This document shows, in pieces, positions 47,360-57,125 of a stretch of 64,000 bases of DNA. Position numbers and translations under genes: made by a program. This stretch comes from an uncultured bacterium. Its GTDB lineage: Bacteria > Acidobacteriota > HRBIN11 > JAKEFK01. The notes under the pieces are model-generated. The model made no database searches. It was not told the DNA's origin and was given only the letters and a program-made list of their open reading frames with translations. The stretch is taken from assembly GCA_963777505.1 (NCBI GenBank), contig CAVZQN010000003.1, positions 160,001 to 224,000 on the forward strand. The letters are read 5' to 3'. Position 1 is the first letter of the stretch; the number at the start of each line of letters is the position of its first letter.

Positions 47360-47570
47360 TACCACGGAGTCACGGAGATCACGGAGTTAACTCCGTGTAA
47401 TTGGATCGTTGCCGATTTTCCGAAAGGCTGAGAATGGAGCCCAAAACAAACTTCCTTATAAACCAAGAATAGAACTTCCAATAGAGTCAGATTTGTTTTG
47501 GGCTCCATTCTCAGCCTAGTTCGCTACGCGAACGAAATCGGCAACGATCCAATCTTCGTGACTCCGTGGT
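47360..47570. mobile_element. Nested MITE-like structure inside a periodic repeat element
   Basis: Perfect 19-bp IR (47400-47418 / 47535-47553) enclosing a perfect 26-bp IR (47425-47450 / 47492-47517), all within accacggagtcacggag...cttcgtgactccgtggt. Confidence 0.75.
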
Positions 47571-47781
47571 GATTTCTTACTGCGAAACGAATGAATGCAT
47601 TCAAAACCATGGATTGAATGTCGAAGAAACGAATTCACAAACATAGATGTTTTTAGTTCTAAACGAAAAGGACTATTTCTGGAACGAAACGGCATCACCC
47701 TTAAAAAGTATTTCATTTTTCAGAATCGATAATTCATTCCACTTGCGGCAGTGTTCGACGACAAAACGCGCGATTTCATGC

Positions 47782-47797
47782 TGGCATGTCCATTGCT
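47782..47797 (+). promoter_or_regulatory. sigma54 -24/-12 promoter of the TBDR gene
   Basis: TGGCATGTCCATTGCT, GG-N10-GC. Confidence 0.72.
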
Positions 47798-47863
47798 CCC
47801 ACTTAATTCGAAAGTCCCTCATTTATGCATGAAACATTAAACGAATTAACTCTAGGAGGAGCA

Positions 47864-50782
47864 ATGAAGCGATATTTCATTCTAGTCCTGGCTTTAACAC
47901 TTGCTTTTGCAGCGCCTGTTTTAGCGCAGGTTGCAACAAAAACAGGATCGATCTATGGAAAGATTCTGGATGATAAAGGTGTGGTATTGCCAGGTGTTCA
48001 GATTGTTTTGGAATCAGAAGCGCTTCCCACGCAAAGCGCACAATCAGGAGCGAGCGGTTCTTTCCGTTTTGCGAACCTGCCGCCAGGTCAATATTCAGTC
48101 AATTTTTCAATTGAAGGTTTCACTGAAGTCCGGCAGGAAGAAGTTCGCGTTAGTACCGGTTCACAGGTGCAGCTTGAAATTACAATGCGGCCATCGTTGG
48201 CTGAAGAATTTACAGTTATAGGTGAAACACCTGTTGTCGATACAAAGAAGACTGGAACATCCGATACATATTCGCGTGACTATCTTGAAGATGTGCCAAG
48301 TGCGCGTGATCCATGGACAATCATCGATCAAACTGTCGGGATCGATTCCGATCGTTACAATGTCGCCGGTTCTGAATCCGGGCAACAAGCTTCGTTCATT
48401 GCTCGTGGCGGTAACGATGACAATACAATTTGGAACTATGACGGTGTGAATGCAGGAGATCCGCAGGCTCTAGGTGGATCGCCAACATATTTCGATTTTG
48501 ATGCATTTGAAGAACTTCAAATTTCAACCGGTGGAAATGATATTTCAGTTCCAAGCGGCGGCGTTGTTGTAAACATTGTTACAAAACGCGGAAGCAATCG
48601 ATGGGAAGGAAGTGCATCTTATTTTTACGCAGGCGATAGTCTTCAGGGTGATAATACGCCTGATGAGCTAGCGGAAACTGGAGCTCAATCCAACCGTCTT
48701 GATGAAGTAAAAGATTATGGGTTTGATCTTGGCGGCCCAATCATCAAAGATAAGCTATTCGCATGGGGCGCATATAGAAAAAATGAAATAGGTTTGATCA
48801 CAACTGCGAATACTGTAGATTTCACCGAACTTGAAGATTTCAACTTCAAAATGAATATGAACTGGGCAACGGCTCATGAATCGCAGTTCGGTTATTTTAA
48901 AGGTGACAAATCAAAAACCGGTCGTGCAGCAATTTCAATTTCCGTTCAAGCGCCTGAAACACTTTGGGATCAGGCCGGAACCGACACGATTCTCCCCGGT
49001 ATTTGGACAGGTCAACATACCTGGATCCCGAATGATCACACAATCATAACAGGGCGCTACGGTTATATCGGTTTGGGATTCACGCTTGTACCGGCCGGCG
49101 GAAAAGATATACCGATGGTATACCTTGCCTCGATTCCGCGTTTTGAAGACACAATCTTCTATTCCAAACCGATCGATCGTCCTGCCCATGATTTTGTTGT
49201 TGATGCAAACTATTTCAAAGAAAACGTTATGGGCGCTGATCATGAATTCCGATTTGGATTTGAATATAAGAGATCCAATCTCCACACATTCAGCAGCTAT
49301 GGAAACGGCGTCTTTATTATCGATCGCGGCCAAACAACACCAGGTGGACCACTCACCAGCGGAACACTCTTTGCTCAACACTATATCGATGGCCGGATTC
49401 GGATGGAACGCACAAGCTTTTACATGAATGATACGCTCAGAAAGGATCGTTTCACTCTCAATCTTGGTGTGCGTTTTGATCAACAAAAAGGTGAAAATCT
49501 GGCTTCCACAATCCCAGGTGTTCCCGGTTTTGAAGATCTTGTTGCTCCGATTGAATTTAGCGGAAATAAACCTGAGACCACATTTAACGACATTTCTCCG
49601 CGGATCGGCGCAACCTACGATTTAACGGGTGATGGCAAAACTGTTATTCGTGGAAATTTTGCGCGCTACTATGATGTTTACAATTCCGCGTTCTCACGGT
49701 TTCAAAATCCAACATTTGTATACAATGGAGCGATTTTTGGTTTTACGAATCTAAATAATGATCGCACCATTACGCGTGATGAAATTACGGCCGGTCCCAT
49801 CTACTTTGGAGGTTTGTCAGGCCCGGTTTTTGATATCAATGCCTTTCTTGACAAACGAAGAGTCGATCCGGATCTGAAAAATTCCAACTCTTTCGAATAT
49901 ATTGTCGGTTTCGAACGGCAACTCGCGTCTGATCTTTCGATCGGAGTTACATATACACACAGAGACTATCGCGATACCACTGTTATTGTGCCATTCGGAG
50001 TTTCATCTGCTGACTTTGTTCCTGGTGGTTCTTTTACTGCAAACACAGTTCTTGGAACATTTAATGTTCCTTTCTCAACGTTTAGCGGTGAGCAAGATGG
50101 AACCACATTTCTCACGAATGTAGATGATTACAAAACGAGTTACAACGGTATCGATATAGCAATGCGCAAGCGCATGAGCAACAATTTCATGGTCAATGCA
50201 AGTGCAACAATCCAGAGACAAAAGGCGAATTATGATGGACCCGATGCCACCGCTTTCTATATCGGAGACGGCGGTTTAACAGGCACCGTATTTCCATTTG
50301 ATCCATCGAATTTGGGCTTCCTTGATGATGAGCCATATGCATTTGCTCCTGGTGGAAGCGGAAAATCTGGCGTATATCCTTATTCCGAATGGATGGTGAA
50401 ACTCAGCGGTGTTTATCAGTTCGGATGGGATTTTAATGTCGGTGCTTTCGCGCGCTATCAGCAGGGTTATCCATATGTATTGTTTGCTTCATTTACGGAT
50501 GATACTTTGGCCGGAGCCCTAGGAACAGATACACGGTTAATCCTGGTCGAACCTTTTGGAAGCCGCCGTTTCGAAAATATTTTCACACTGGATTTGCAGT
50601 TTGAAAAAGGATTCGAGTTTGGCAATTACGGACGATTAGCTTTTTCGGCGAATTTGTTTAATGTAACAAATACAAACACAGTAGTCCGCCGAAACAGAAA
50701 TCTTGCATCAGAAAATCTTAACCTGATTGATGAATTGATTTCGCCACGCGCTCTTCGTCTCGGCATCCGCTACAGTTTCTAA
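47864..50782 (+). CDS. TonB-dependent receptor, Oar-like, with carboxypeptidase-regulatory-like N-terminal domain
   Basis: Signal peptide, GSIYGKILD..G..LPG, GGVVVNIVTKRG plug motif, C-terminal LGIRYSF; AGGAGG RBS. Confidence 0.9.
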   Translation: MKRYFILVLALTLAFAAPVLAQVATKTGSIYGKILDDKGVVLPGVQIVLESEALPTQSAQSGASGSFRFANLPPGQYSVNFSIEGFTEVRQEEVRVSTGSQVQLEITMRPSLAEEFTVIGETPVVDTKKTGTSDTYSRDYLEDVPSARDPWTIIDQTVGIDSDRYNVAGSESGQQASFIARGGNDDNTIWNYDGVNAGDPQALGGSPTYFDFDAFEELQISTGGNDISVPSGGVVVNIVTKRGSNRWEGSASYFYAGDSLQGDNTPDELAETGAQSNRLDEVKDYGFDLGGPIIKDKLFAWGAYRKNEIGLITTANTVDFTELEDFNFKMNMNWATAHESQFGYFKGDKSKTGRAAISISVQAPETLWDQAGTDTILPGIWTGQHTWIPNDHTIITGRYGYIGLGFTLVPAGGKDIPMVYLASIPRFEDTIFYSKPIDRPAHDFVVDANYFKENVMGADHEFRFGFEYKRSNLHTFSSYGNGVFIIDRGQTTPGGPLTSGTLFAQHYIDGRIRMERTSFYMNDTLRKDRFTLNLGVRFDQQKGENLASTIPGVPGFEDLVAPIEFSGNKPETTFNDISPRIGATYDLTGDGKTVIRGNFARYYDVYNSAFSRFQNPTFVYNGAIFGFTNLNNDRTITRDEITAGPIYFGGLSGPVFDINAFLDKRRVDPDLKNSNSFEYIVGFERQLASDLSIGVTYTHRDYRDTTVIVPFGVSSADFVPGGSFTANTVLGTFNVPFSTFSGEQDGTTFLTNVDDYKTSYNGIDIAMRKRMSNNFMVNASATIQRQKANYDGPDATAFYIGDGGLTGTVFPFDPSNLGFLDDEPYAFAPGGSGKSGVYPYSEWMVKLSGVYQFGWDFNVGAFARYQQGYPYVLFASFTDDTLAGALGTDTRLILVEPFGSRRFENIFTLDLQFEKGFEFGNYGRLAFSANLFNVTNTNTVVRRNRNLASENLNLIDELISPRALRLGIRYSF

Positions 50783-50794
50783 AGTTTATTTTTT

Positions 50795-50834
50795 TACCAC
50801 AGAGACACGGAGATCATCTCCGTGTCTTCGTGGT
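50795..50834. repeat. Periodic inverted-repeat element
   Basis: taccacagagacacggagat c atctccgtgtcttcgtggt. Confidence 0.85.
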
Positions 50835-50848
50835 GATCTTGGATTTTT

Positions 50849-51247
50849 CTAGCTTGGTTGCTGCTCCATGTGAAAGACTTCCCATAGATGGCCATCTAAA
50901 TCCTGGAAACCATGTTGATACATGAATCCATAGTCTTTTGCCTTATTCGGAGTTGTTGCACCGGCTTCAACTGCTTTGCTCACAAACTCATCGACTTTTT
51001 GCCTGCCATCGGTTGATAAAGTAACGATTACTTCTGAGTATTTTGTTGCGTCACAAAGCTCTTTTGGTGTGAAAGTTTTGAAAAAGCTTTCAACCAGCAA
51101 CATCACGAATATGTTGTCTCCGACGATCATGCATGTAGCATTCTCGTCAGTAAATTGTGGATTAAACTCAAAGCCAAGTTTGCTAAAGAATTCCACAGAC
51201 CTCTTTAGATCCTTAACGGGTAAATTTACGAAAATTTGTTTAGCCAT
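50849..51247 (-). CDS. VOC/glyoxalase family protein
   Basis: IFVNLPVKDL, FNPQFTDE, DYGFMY, DLDGHLWE. Confidence 0.92.
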   Translation of the reverse strand: MAKQIFVNLPVKDLKRSVEFFSKLGFEFNPQFTDENATCMIVGDNIFVMLLVESFFKTFTPKELCDATKYSEVIVTLSTDGRQKVDEFVSKAVEAGATTPNKAKDYGFMYQHGFQDLDGHLWEVFHMEQQPS

Positions 51248-51437
51248 ATTCTTTCCTTTCTTCTAAATTAAGTGCTACATCAAATAATCGTTCGGATTCA
51301 TATAAAATCGACACTTGTTGATTCATTCAATCGATAAAGAATTAACCGTCGGTCAAGAAACAGTGATGGTTGATTCCCAAAAAAAACGTGTTCTTGTTGC
51401 CGATGCTGCCGGGCTACCAAATTGTAAAGGAAAATAG

Positions 51438-51477
51438 AACCACAAAGACGCAAAGTTTGCTCAGCGTCTTTGCGGTA
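51438..51477. repeat. Periodic inverted-repeat element
   Basis: aaccacaaagacgcaaag tttg ctcagcgtctttgcggta. Confidence 0.8.
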
Positions 51478-51523
51478 AAAATGCCGCTAGGAGAAAGCGA
51501 AATTCTTTGATATTGATTATTGA

Positions 51524-53158
51524 ATGCGAGCCGCGTTAATCCTCTTTCTCTCCTTCCTTCCATTCGTATTAATCGGCGATACGACTCTTCCGGCAACTTC
51601 CAGGCCGCGCTTAATTCTGATGATCTCTGTTGATCAAATGCGTTTTGATTACTTAACACGATTTAAACCGCTGTATGAAGGCGGGTTCAAATGGCTCCAT
51701 GACAATGGTGCGATTTTTTCAAACGCGATGTACCGTCATGCTTCAAGTGAGACAGGCCCGGGCCATGCTGTCTTGCTATCGGGCAGACATGGAAGCCATT
51801 CAGGAGTAGTAGCCAATGGTTGGTACGATTCACTTTTGAATGATTTCATTAACGTGGTTGATGATCCTACTCATGTTGCACTCACGGGAAAGAGTCGAGG
51901 TGCAACTCCTGCAAACTTTATTGGATTTACCGTGGGCGATGTTTTGAAAAAGGAAATACCGAAAAGCAAAGTTGTAAGCGTTTCCTTAAAGGATCGATCC
52001 GCAGTGTTGATGGGTGGAAAACGTGCAGATGCTGCGTATTGGTATGACACTGATACAGGAGATTTTGTTAGCAGCACATATTACATGAATCAATTACCTT
52101 CATGGCTTGAAAAAATAAACGCTAAAAACTTCCCCGATCAGTTTGTTGCCAAAAAGTGGGAACGTTTGAAATCGGATGAATCTATTTATTTGAAGTATGC
52201 CGGTCCTGATGCGGTGGAAGGTGAATGGGATCGTGTTCATACGACTTTTCCGCATGTGAACCCGGCGAAGCCCCAAACGCCAGAATATTATGAAGAATTT
52301 CGCCGTACTCCATTTGCAGATGAACTGACTCTCGAAGTTGCAGTTGAAGCGATCAAAGCGCATGATCTTGGAACAGACCCGAATCCAGATATTCTTGCCG
52401 TTGGATTTTCCGCGACCGATGTCATCGGTCATACATATGGCCCTGACAGCCAGGAAGCGATGGATCAATTGTTAAGGCTGGATCAATATTTTCAAGCGTT
52501 GCTTCGGGTAATTGATCAACGTGTTGGACTCTCAAATACGATTGTGATTTTGTCGGCCGATCATGGTGTGATGCCGCTTGCTGAAAATCTTCAAGCCAAA
52601 GGAATATCTGCAAAGCGAGTCTTGCCATCCGTTCTGGAGCAATCTGTGGTGAAGTCGCTCTCAAGTCAATTCGCTGATGCTGCGGGACTGTTTCTCTTCG
52701 ATCAGCCCCATTTTTATTTGAATGAACCTGAAATAAGAAAAAGAGGTCTCAAACGAAAGGATGTTGAAACCGCCATCATAAAGGGAATTCGTGAATCGGA
52801 TCTCGCGGCAGCGATCTACACACATGCAGATTTGCTAGGTGATCCGCCGCCGAATGATCCTTTTTTTGTGCTCTTCAAGAATGCGTTTTTTGCATCGAGA
52901 AGCCCGCATATTCTTGTCGCATTGAAGAAATATATATATATGGAGGACTATCCCGGTGGAACGGGTCATGGGGGACCTTATGAATATGACCGGCATGTTC
53001 CTGTTGTTTTTGCGGGTCCAGGTATCAAGCCCGGTTTATATGATCAGACTTCCGGTCCAGAGGATATTGCGCCGACTTTAGCTGCGCTTCTAAAACTCAC
53101 GTATCCAAAGGAATATGATGCGCGTGTGCTTACAGAAGCATTGGAAAGTGCGAAGTGA
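51524..53158 (+). CDS. Alkaline phosphatase superfamily, PafA/SPAP-like
   Basis: Signal peptide, SVDQMR, ETGPGH (Thr nucleophile), SLKDRSA, TDVIGHTYGP, SADHG, GTGHG. Confidence 0.88.
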   Translation: MRAALILFLSFLPFVLIGDTTLPATSRPRLILMISVDQMRFDYLTRFKPLYEGGFKWLHDNGAIFSNAMYRHASSETGPGHAVLLSGRHGSHSGVVANGWYDSLLNDFINVVDDPTHVALTGKSRGATPANFIGFTVGDVLKKEIPKSKVVSVSLKDRSAVLMGGKRADAAYWYDTDTGDFVSSTYYMNQLPSWLEKINAKNFPDQFVAKKWERLKSDESIYLKYAGPDAVEGEWDRVHTTFPHVNPAKPQTPEYYEEFRRTPFADELTLEVAVEAIKAHDLGTDPNPDILAVGFSATDVIGHTYGPDSQEAMDQLLRLDQYFQALLRVIDQRVGLSNTIVILSADHGVMPLAENLQAKGISAKRVLPSVLEQSVVKSLSSQFADAAGLFLFDQPHFYLNEPEIRKRGLKRKDVETAIIKGIRESDLAAAIYTHADLLGDPPPNDPFFVLFKNAFFASRSPHILVALKKYIYMEDYPGGTGHGGPYEYDRHVPVVFAGPGIKPGLYDQTSGPEDIAPTLAALLKLTYPKEYDARVLTEALESAK

Positions 53159-53163
53159 ATTAA

Positions 53164-53913
53164 ATGTATAGAGAAATAATTCCATCCGAACGACTTCGTC
53201 CATTTATTGAATGCTACTGGGTCCGAAGTGCAGATCACTCTGATGAAATCAAATTGCATCGGGTTTTGCCTGACGGCTGTGTAGATTTTGTTTTTAATTT
53301 TGAAGCTTTTGCAAATTCATACAATGGATTTGTCGTAGGCACCATGACGGCGCCAATTTTGGTTGAATCGCCGGGTTTGGTAGATTTTCTTGGAGTGCGT
53401 TTCAGGCCAGGGAAAGTATGTAATTTTGTTCATTTGCACGCATCGGAAATAACTGACCGGATGATTCCAATCAATGATGCAGTGGGTCAAAAGGGAAACA
53501 TCCTGACTCAGAAGCTAGTAGAGATAAAAAATGTTGATGATCGGATTCGTGTGCTGAACGTAGATCTTGAACATTGGTTGCAGGCTGAAAATGATATTCA
53601 AGCACGAGTCGATTTTGCAGTCAGCAGAATCATAAAGTCCGATGGTTCGGTTCAGATTGAAGAAATTTGTGATTCGCTTGGAATAAGCCGTCAGTATCTA
53701 GCAAGACTTTTCCAGGCATCGATCGGGATTACTCCGAAACAATTTTCCAGGGTTGTTCGATTTCAGGCTCTGCTTCGAAAAATACAACGATCGAATACAA
53801 TTGCGTGGGCGGATGAAGCGGCCGTGCTTGGATATTACGATCAAGCTCACCTCATTTCTGATTTTCGCGAATTTTCGGGAATGACTCCGCAAAAATATCT
53901 TTGCGAAACATAA
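53164..53913 (+). CDS. AraC-family transcriptional regulator
   Basis: RVLPDGCVD, GVRFRPG, GITPK, GYYDQAHL..DF..FSGMTP. Confidence 0.9.
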   Translation: MYREIIPSERLRPFIECYWVRSADHSDEIKLHRVLPDGCVDFVFNFEAFANSYNGFVVGTMTAPILVESPGLVDFLGVRFRPGKVCNFVHLHASEITDRMIPINDAVGQKGNILTQKLVEIKNVDDRIRVLNVDLEHWLQAENDIQARVDFAVSRIIKSDGSVQIEEICDSLGISRQYLARLFQASIGITPKQFSRVVRFQALLRKIQRSNTIAWADEAAVLGYYDQAHLISDFREFSGMTPQKYLCET

Positions 53914-53945
53914 ATCAAAACTTCCATCAATTACGGGGGCGCCAA

Positions 53946-56021
53946 ATGAAGATTTTCCGGTTGAGCTTTCTGTCATTTCTTTTGTTTTTTGCATTTTTTC
54001 AAATGCGATTAGCTGCAGCAACTTTGGAAGACATCATGAGTGCGCCATTTCCTACAGAATTAATTTCCTCCAGCTCAAAGAATCGAATCGCATGGATTTT
54101 TAGGGATCAGGGCCGAAGAAATGTGTGGGTAGCAGATGGTCCCAACTATGTCCCGCGCCAGCTAACCAAATACGATAAAGACGATGGTCAAGCAGTTCAG
54201 CTTCTAAAGTTTAGTTCGGATGGATCATTTCTGGTTTATGTGCGCGGAGATTTCGCAAACAGTGAAAATGAAAATCCGAATCCATCCAGCGATCCGAAGG
54301 GTGTAAAGCAAGAAGTGTGGTCAGTAAAGGTAGATGGCGGTGATCCAAAGCTGATAGGTGAAGGTTCTTTTCCTGACATTTCTCCTGATGGTAGTCAAAT
54401 AGCTTTTGTACGAGAAAATAAAATTTATAAAGCTCCTGCAGATGGATCTTCAGAGGCAGCACTTTTTTTTCATGCGCGTGGCAGTAACAACAGTCCGAAA
54501 TGGTCACCGGATGGTTCGAGGCTTGCATTCACAAGCAATCGTGCTGACCACAGCTTTATCGGCGTTTACGATCCAAAAGCGCAAACGATACTGTGGCTTG
54601 AACCCAGTGTCGATCGCGATTTCAATCCCGTTTGGTCTTCCGATGGAAAACGGATTGCATTTTACCGCTATCCGGGATTAACCGGCGATCCCGCGACTGA
54701 ATCAGAGCCATCCATACCATTTTCTATTTGGGTTGCTGATTCACAAAATGGAAAGGCGAAAGAAATTTGGAATTCAAAAGATAAGACGGGAGGGTTTGCG
54801 CAATGGTATCCGCACGAACCACTCTCATGGTCTGACGATCGTTTGGTCTTCTATTCGGAAAAAGATGGATGGTTGAGGATTTATTCAGTGTCTGCTAACG
54901 GAGGGGAAGCAGTTGCATTAACGCCTGAAAAATGTGAAGCAGAAGATTCATCTTTAACAGCAGATCGGAAGCAGCTTTTATTTTCATCGAATTGTAATGA
55001 TCAGGACCGCCGTCATTTATGGATCGTTGCAACAAGCGGTGGCACACCAAAACAATTAACTTCCGGCCACAATCTGGAGTGGGGTCCCGTTGCTGTAGCA
55101 GACGGCAACACGATCGCACTCATTGCAGCAACTGGCAAACAGCCTGCCGCACCTGCAGTGATGTCAATTTCCGGTGAAAAACCAAGATTAATCGCGCCAG
55201 ATATGTTGAAGGCCGTTCCAATGGCGGAGCTTGTTGAACCACAGCAAGCCATTTTCAAAGCTGCAGATGGATTGGAGATTCATGGACAGCTTTTTGTTCC
55301 ATCAAAAATGCAGCAAGGTCAAAAACAACCGGCTGTAATTTTCATGCATGGCGGACCCATTCGTCAAATGTTGTTAGGCTGGCACTACTATGGTTATTAC
55401 CACAATGCCTATGCGATGAATCAATATCTTGCAACAAAAGGTTACGTTGTGTTGTCAGTTAATTTTCGATCAGGCATTGGCTACGGACGTGCTTTTCGAA
55501 CAGCAGAGCGTCAAGGTCCAAGAGGTGCTTCGGAATATCAGGACATTCTGGCTGCTGCAAAATTTTTGCGCGAACGTACTGATGTGGATTCAAAACGTAT
55601 TGGACTGTGGGGCGGATCCTATGGCGGCTACTTAACCGCGCTTGGTCTTGCAAGAGATTCTGATTTATTTTCCGCCGGTGTTGATGTTCACGGGGTTCAT
55701 GATTGGGCTTTAAGAGCCCGGCTGCGTGGTGCCGACGATTGGGGTATTACTGGAGACGCCATGATGCAAGAAGCCCGGCGCTCTTCTCCTGTGGCCGATG
55801 TCGCCTTCTGGAATTCACCTGTGCTTTTTGTAATTGGCGATGACGATCGAAATGTCGACTTCATCGAAACCACTGATTTAGTTCAGCGGCTGCGAGCTGA
55901 AGGCAAGGTCAAGATTGAGACTTTGATTATTCCTGATGAAGTTCATGATTTCTTGCGCCACCAAAATTGGGTCCGTGTTTACAAAGCCACAGCCGATTTC
56001 TTCGACCGGTATTTGAAATAG
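53946..56021 (+). CDS. S9-family (prolyl oligo/dipeptidyl) peptidase with PD40 propeller
   Basis: Signal peptide, SPDG repeats, HGGP, GGSYGG, DDRNV, DEVH. Confidence 0.92.
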   Translation: MKIFRLSFLSFLLFFAFFQMRLAAATLEDIMSAPFPTELISSSSKNRIAWIFRDQGRRNVWVADGPNYVPRQLTKYDKDDGQAVQLLKFSSDGSFLVYVRGDFANSENENPNPSSDPKGVKQEVWSVKVDGGDPKLIGEGSFPDISPDGSQIAFVRENKIYKAPADGSSEAALFFHARGSNNSPKWSPDGSRLAFTSNRADHSFIGVYDPKAQTILWLEPSVDRDFNPVWSSDGKRIAFYRYPGLTGDPATESEPSIPFSIWVADSQNGKAKEIWNSKDKTGGFAQWYPHEPLSWSDDRLVFYSEKDGWLRIYSVSANGGEAVALTPEKCEAEDSSLTADRKQLLFSSNCNDQDRRHLWIVATSGGTPKQLTSGHNLEWGPVAVADGNTIALIAATGKQPAAPAVMSISGEKPRLIAPDMLKAVPMAELVEPQQAIFKAADGLEIHGQLFVPSKMQQGQKQPAVIFMHGGPIRQMLLGWHYYGYYHNAYAMNQYLATKGYVVLSVNFRSGIGYGRAFRTAERQGPRGASEYQDILAAAKFLRERTDVDSKRIGLWGGSYGGYLTALGLARDSDLFSAGVDVHGVHDWALRARLRGADDWGITGDAMMQEARRSSPVADVAFWNSPVLFVIGDDDRNVDFIETTDLVQRLRAEGKVKIETLIIPDEVHDFLRHQNWVRVYKATADFFDRYLK

Positions 56022-56045
56022 TAGGGGCGGGTCTTAGACCCGCCC
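56021..56045 (+). repeat. GTAG-type REP-like hairpin
   Basis: GTAG GGGCGGGTC TTA GACCCGCCC. Confidence 0.75.
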
Positions 56046-56144
56046 GTTCTTCCACCTTTACCACACCGAATCTATTCACATCTCCGCAACGTGCCTTTAA
56101 TCGATTCGTAAAATCAAAGTGATAACTTTTCACAAGCTATAAGA

Positions 56145-56933
56145 ATGAAAACAGTCGCAGTGATTCAAGCACGAACCGGATCAAAAAGATTACCTGCAAA
56201 AGTTCTTTTGCCGTTAAAAGGAAAACCGTTATTAGAAATTCTGTTACAACGTGTTTGTGCGGCAAGAACGATATCGGAAGTTATTGTTGCCACAACATGT
56301 GCTCCAGAAGATGAGCTTATTCGAGATATCTGTAAGCGCGTGGGAATTCAATGCTACAGTGGGCATCCGGATGACTTGCTTGATCGGCATTACAAAGCAG
56401 CTATCAATACAAAAGCGGATATCATCGTTAAAATTCCTTCGGATTGTCCATTGATCGATCCAACAATTATCGACAATGTACTTGGATATTATCTTCAAAA
56501 TTTGGGAACGTTTGATTTTGTCAGCAATCTCCATCCCGCAACCTATCCCGATGGAAATGACGTAGAAGCTATGCCGATTGATATCCTTGGCATCGCATGG
56601 ACCGAAGCATCGATCGGCTTTGAGCGAGAGCACACCACTCCTTATATATGGGAACAACCTGATCGATTCCGTCTCGGCAACTATGAGTGGGAAACAGGAT
56701 TGAATTATTCCATGACTCACAGATGGACTATTGACTATATGGAGGACTACCTCTTCATTCGCTCTATTTTCGAAGAACTATTTTCAGATACGCGAATGTT
56801 TTTGATGAAGGATATCCTCCAACTGCTTGAAGAACGTCCCGAACTTCTGAAAATCAATGAAAAATATTCCGGTTTGAATTGGTATCGAAGCAAACCAATT
56901 CTTTACGATTCTTTTACCTGCCATAAACAATGA
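56145..56933 (+). CDS. SpsF-like cytidylyltransferase-family protein
   Basis: IQARTGSKRLPAKV, DCPLIDP, YPDGNDVE, REHTTP, RWTID. Confidence 0.85.
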   Translation: MKTVAVIQARTGSKRLPAKVLLPLKGKPLLEILLQRVCAARTISEVIVATTCAPEDELIRDICKRVGIQCYSGHPDDLLDRHYKAAINTKADIIVKIPSDCPLIDPTIIDNVLGYYLQNLGTFDFVSNLHPATYPDGNDVEAMPIDILGIAWTEASIGFEREHTTPYIWEQPDRFRLGNYEWETGLNYSMTHRWTIDYMEDYLFIRSIFEELFSDTRMFLMKDILQLLEERPELLKINEKYSGLNWYRSKPILYDSFTCHKQ

Positions 56934-57125
56934 AGAAATAAAAAAGCTTCACGATAGACACAGGTTCTTCAAACATGACACTAAGATCCTGTTGTCGTTT
57001 CTCCCACGTTAATTCATTCACAAACATACGATCACACAACTATTTCTCGGATGTTTTGATTCCGAAAGTTTTGCAGCTTAGCAGGAGCGAACACCGGGCT
57101 AAAACAAAATGTCATTGGAGGGTAC

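Noticed and set aside
56935-57125. phoX leader as a riboswitch or Pho box
   Set aside because: No convincing 11-bp-period direct repeat or known aptamer consensus is visible.
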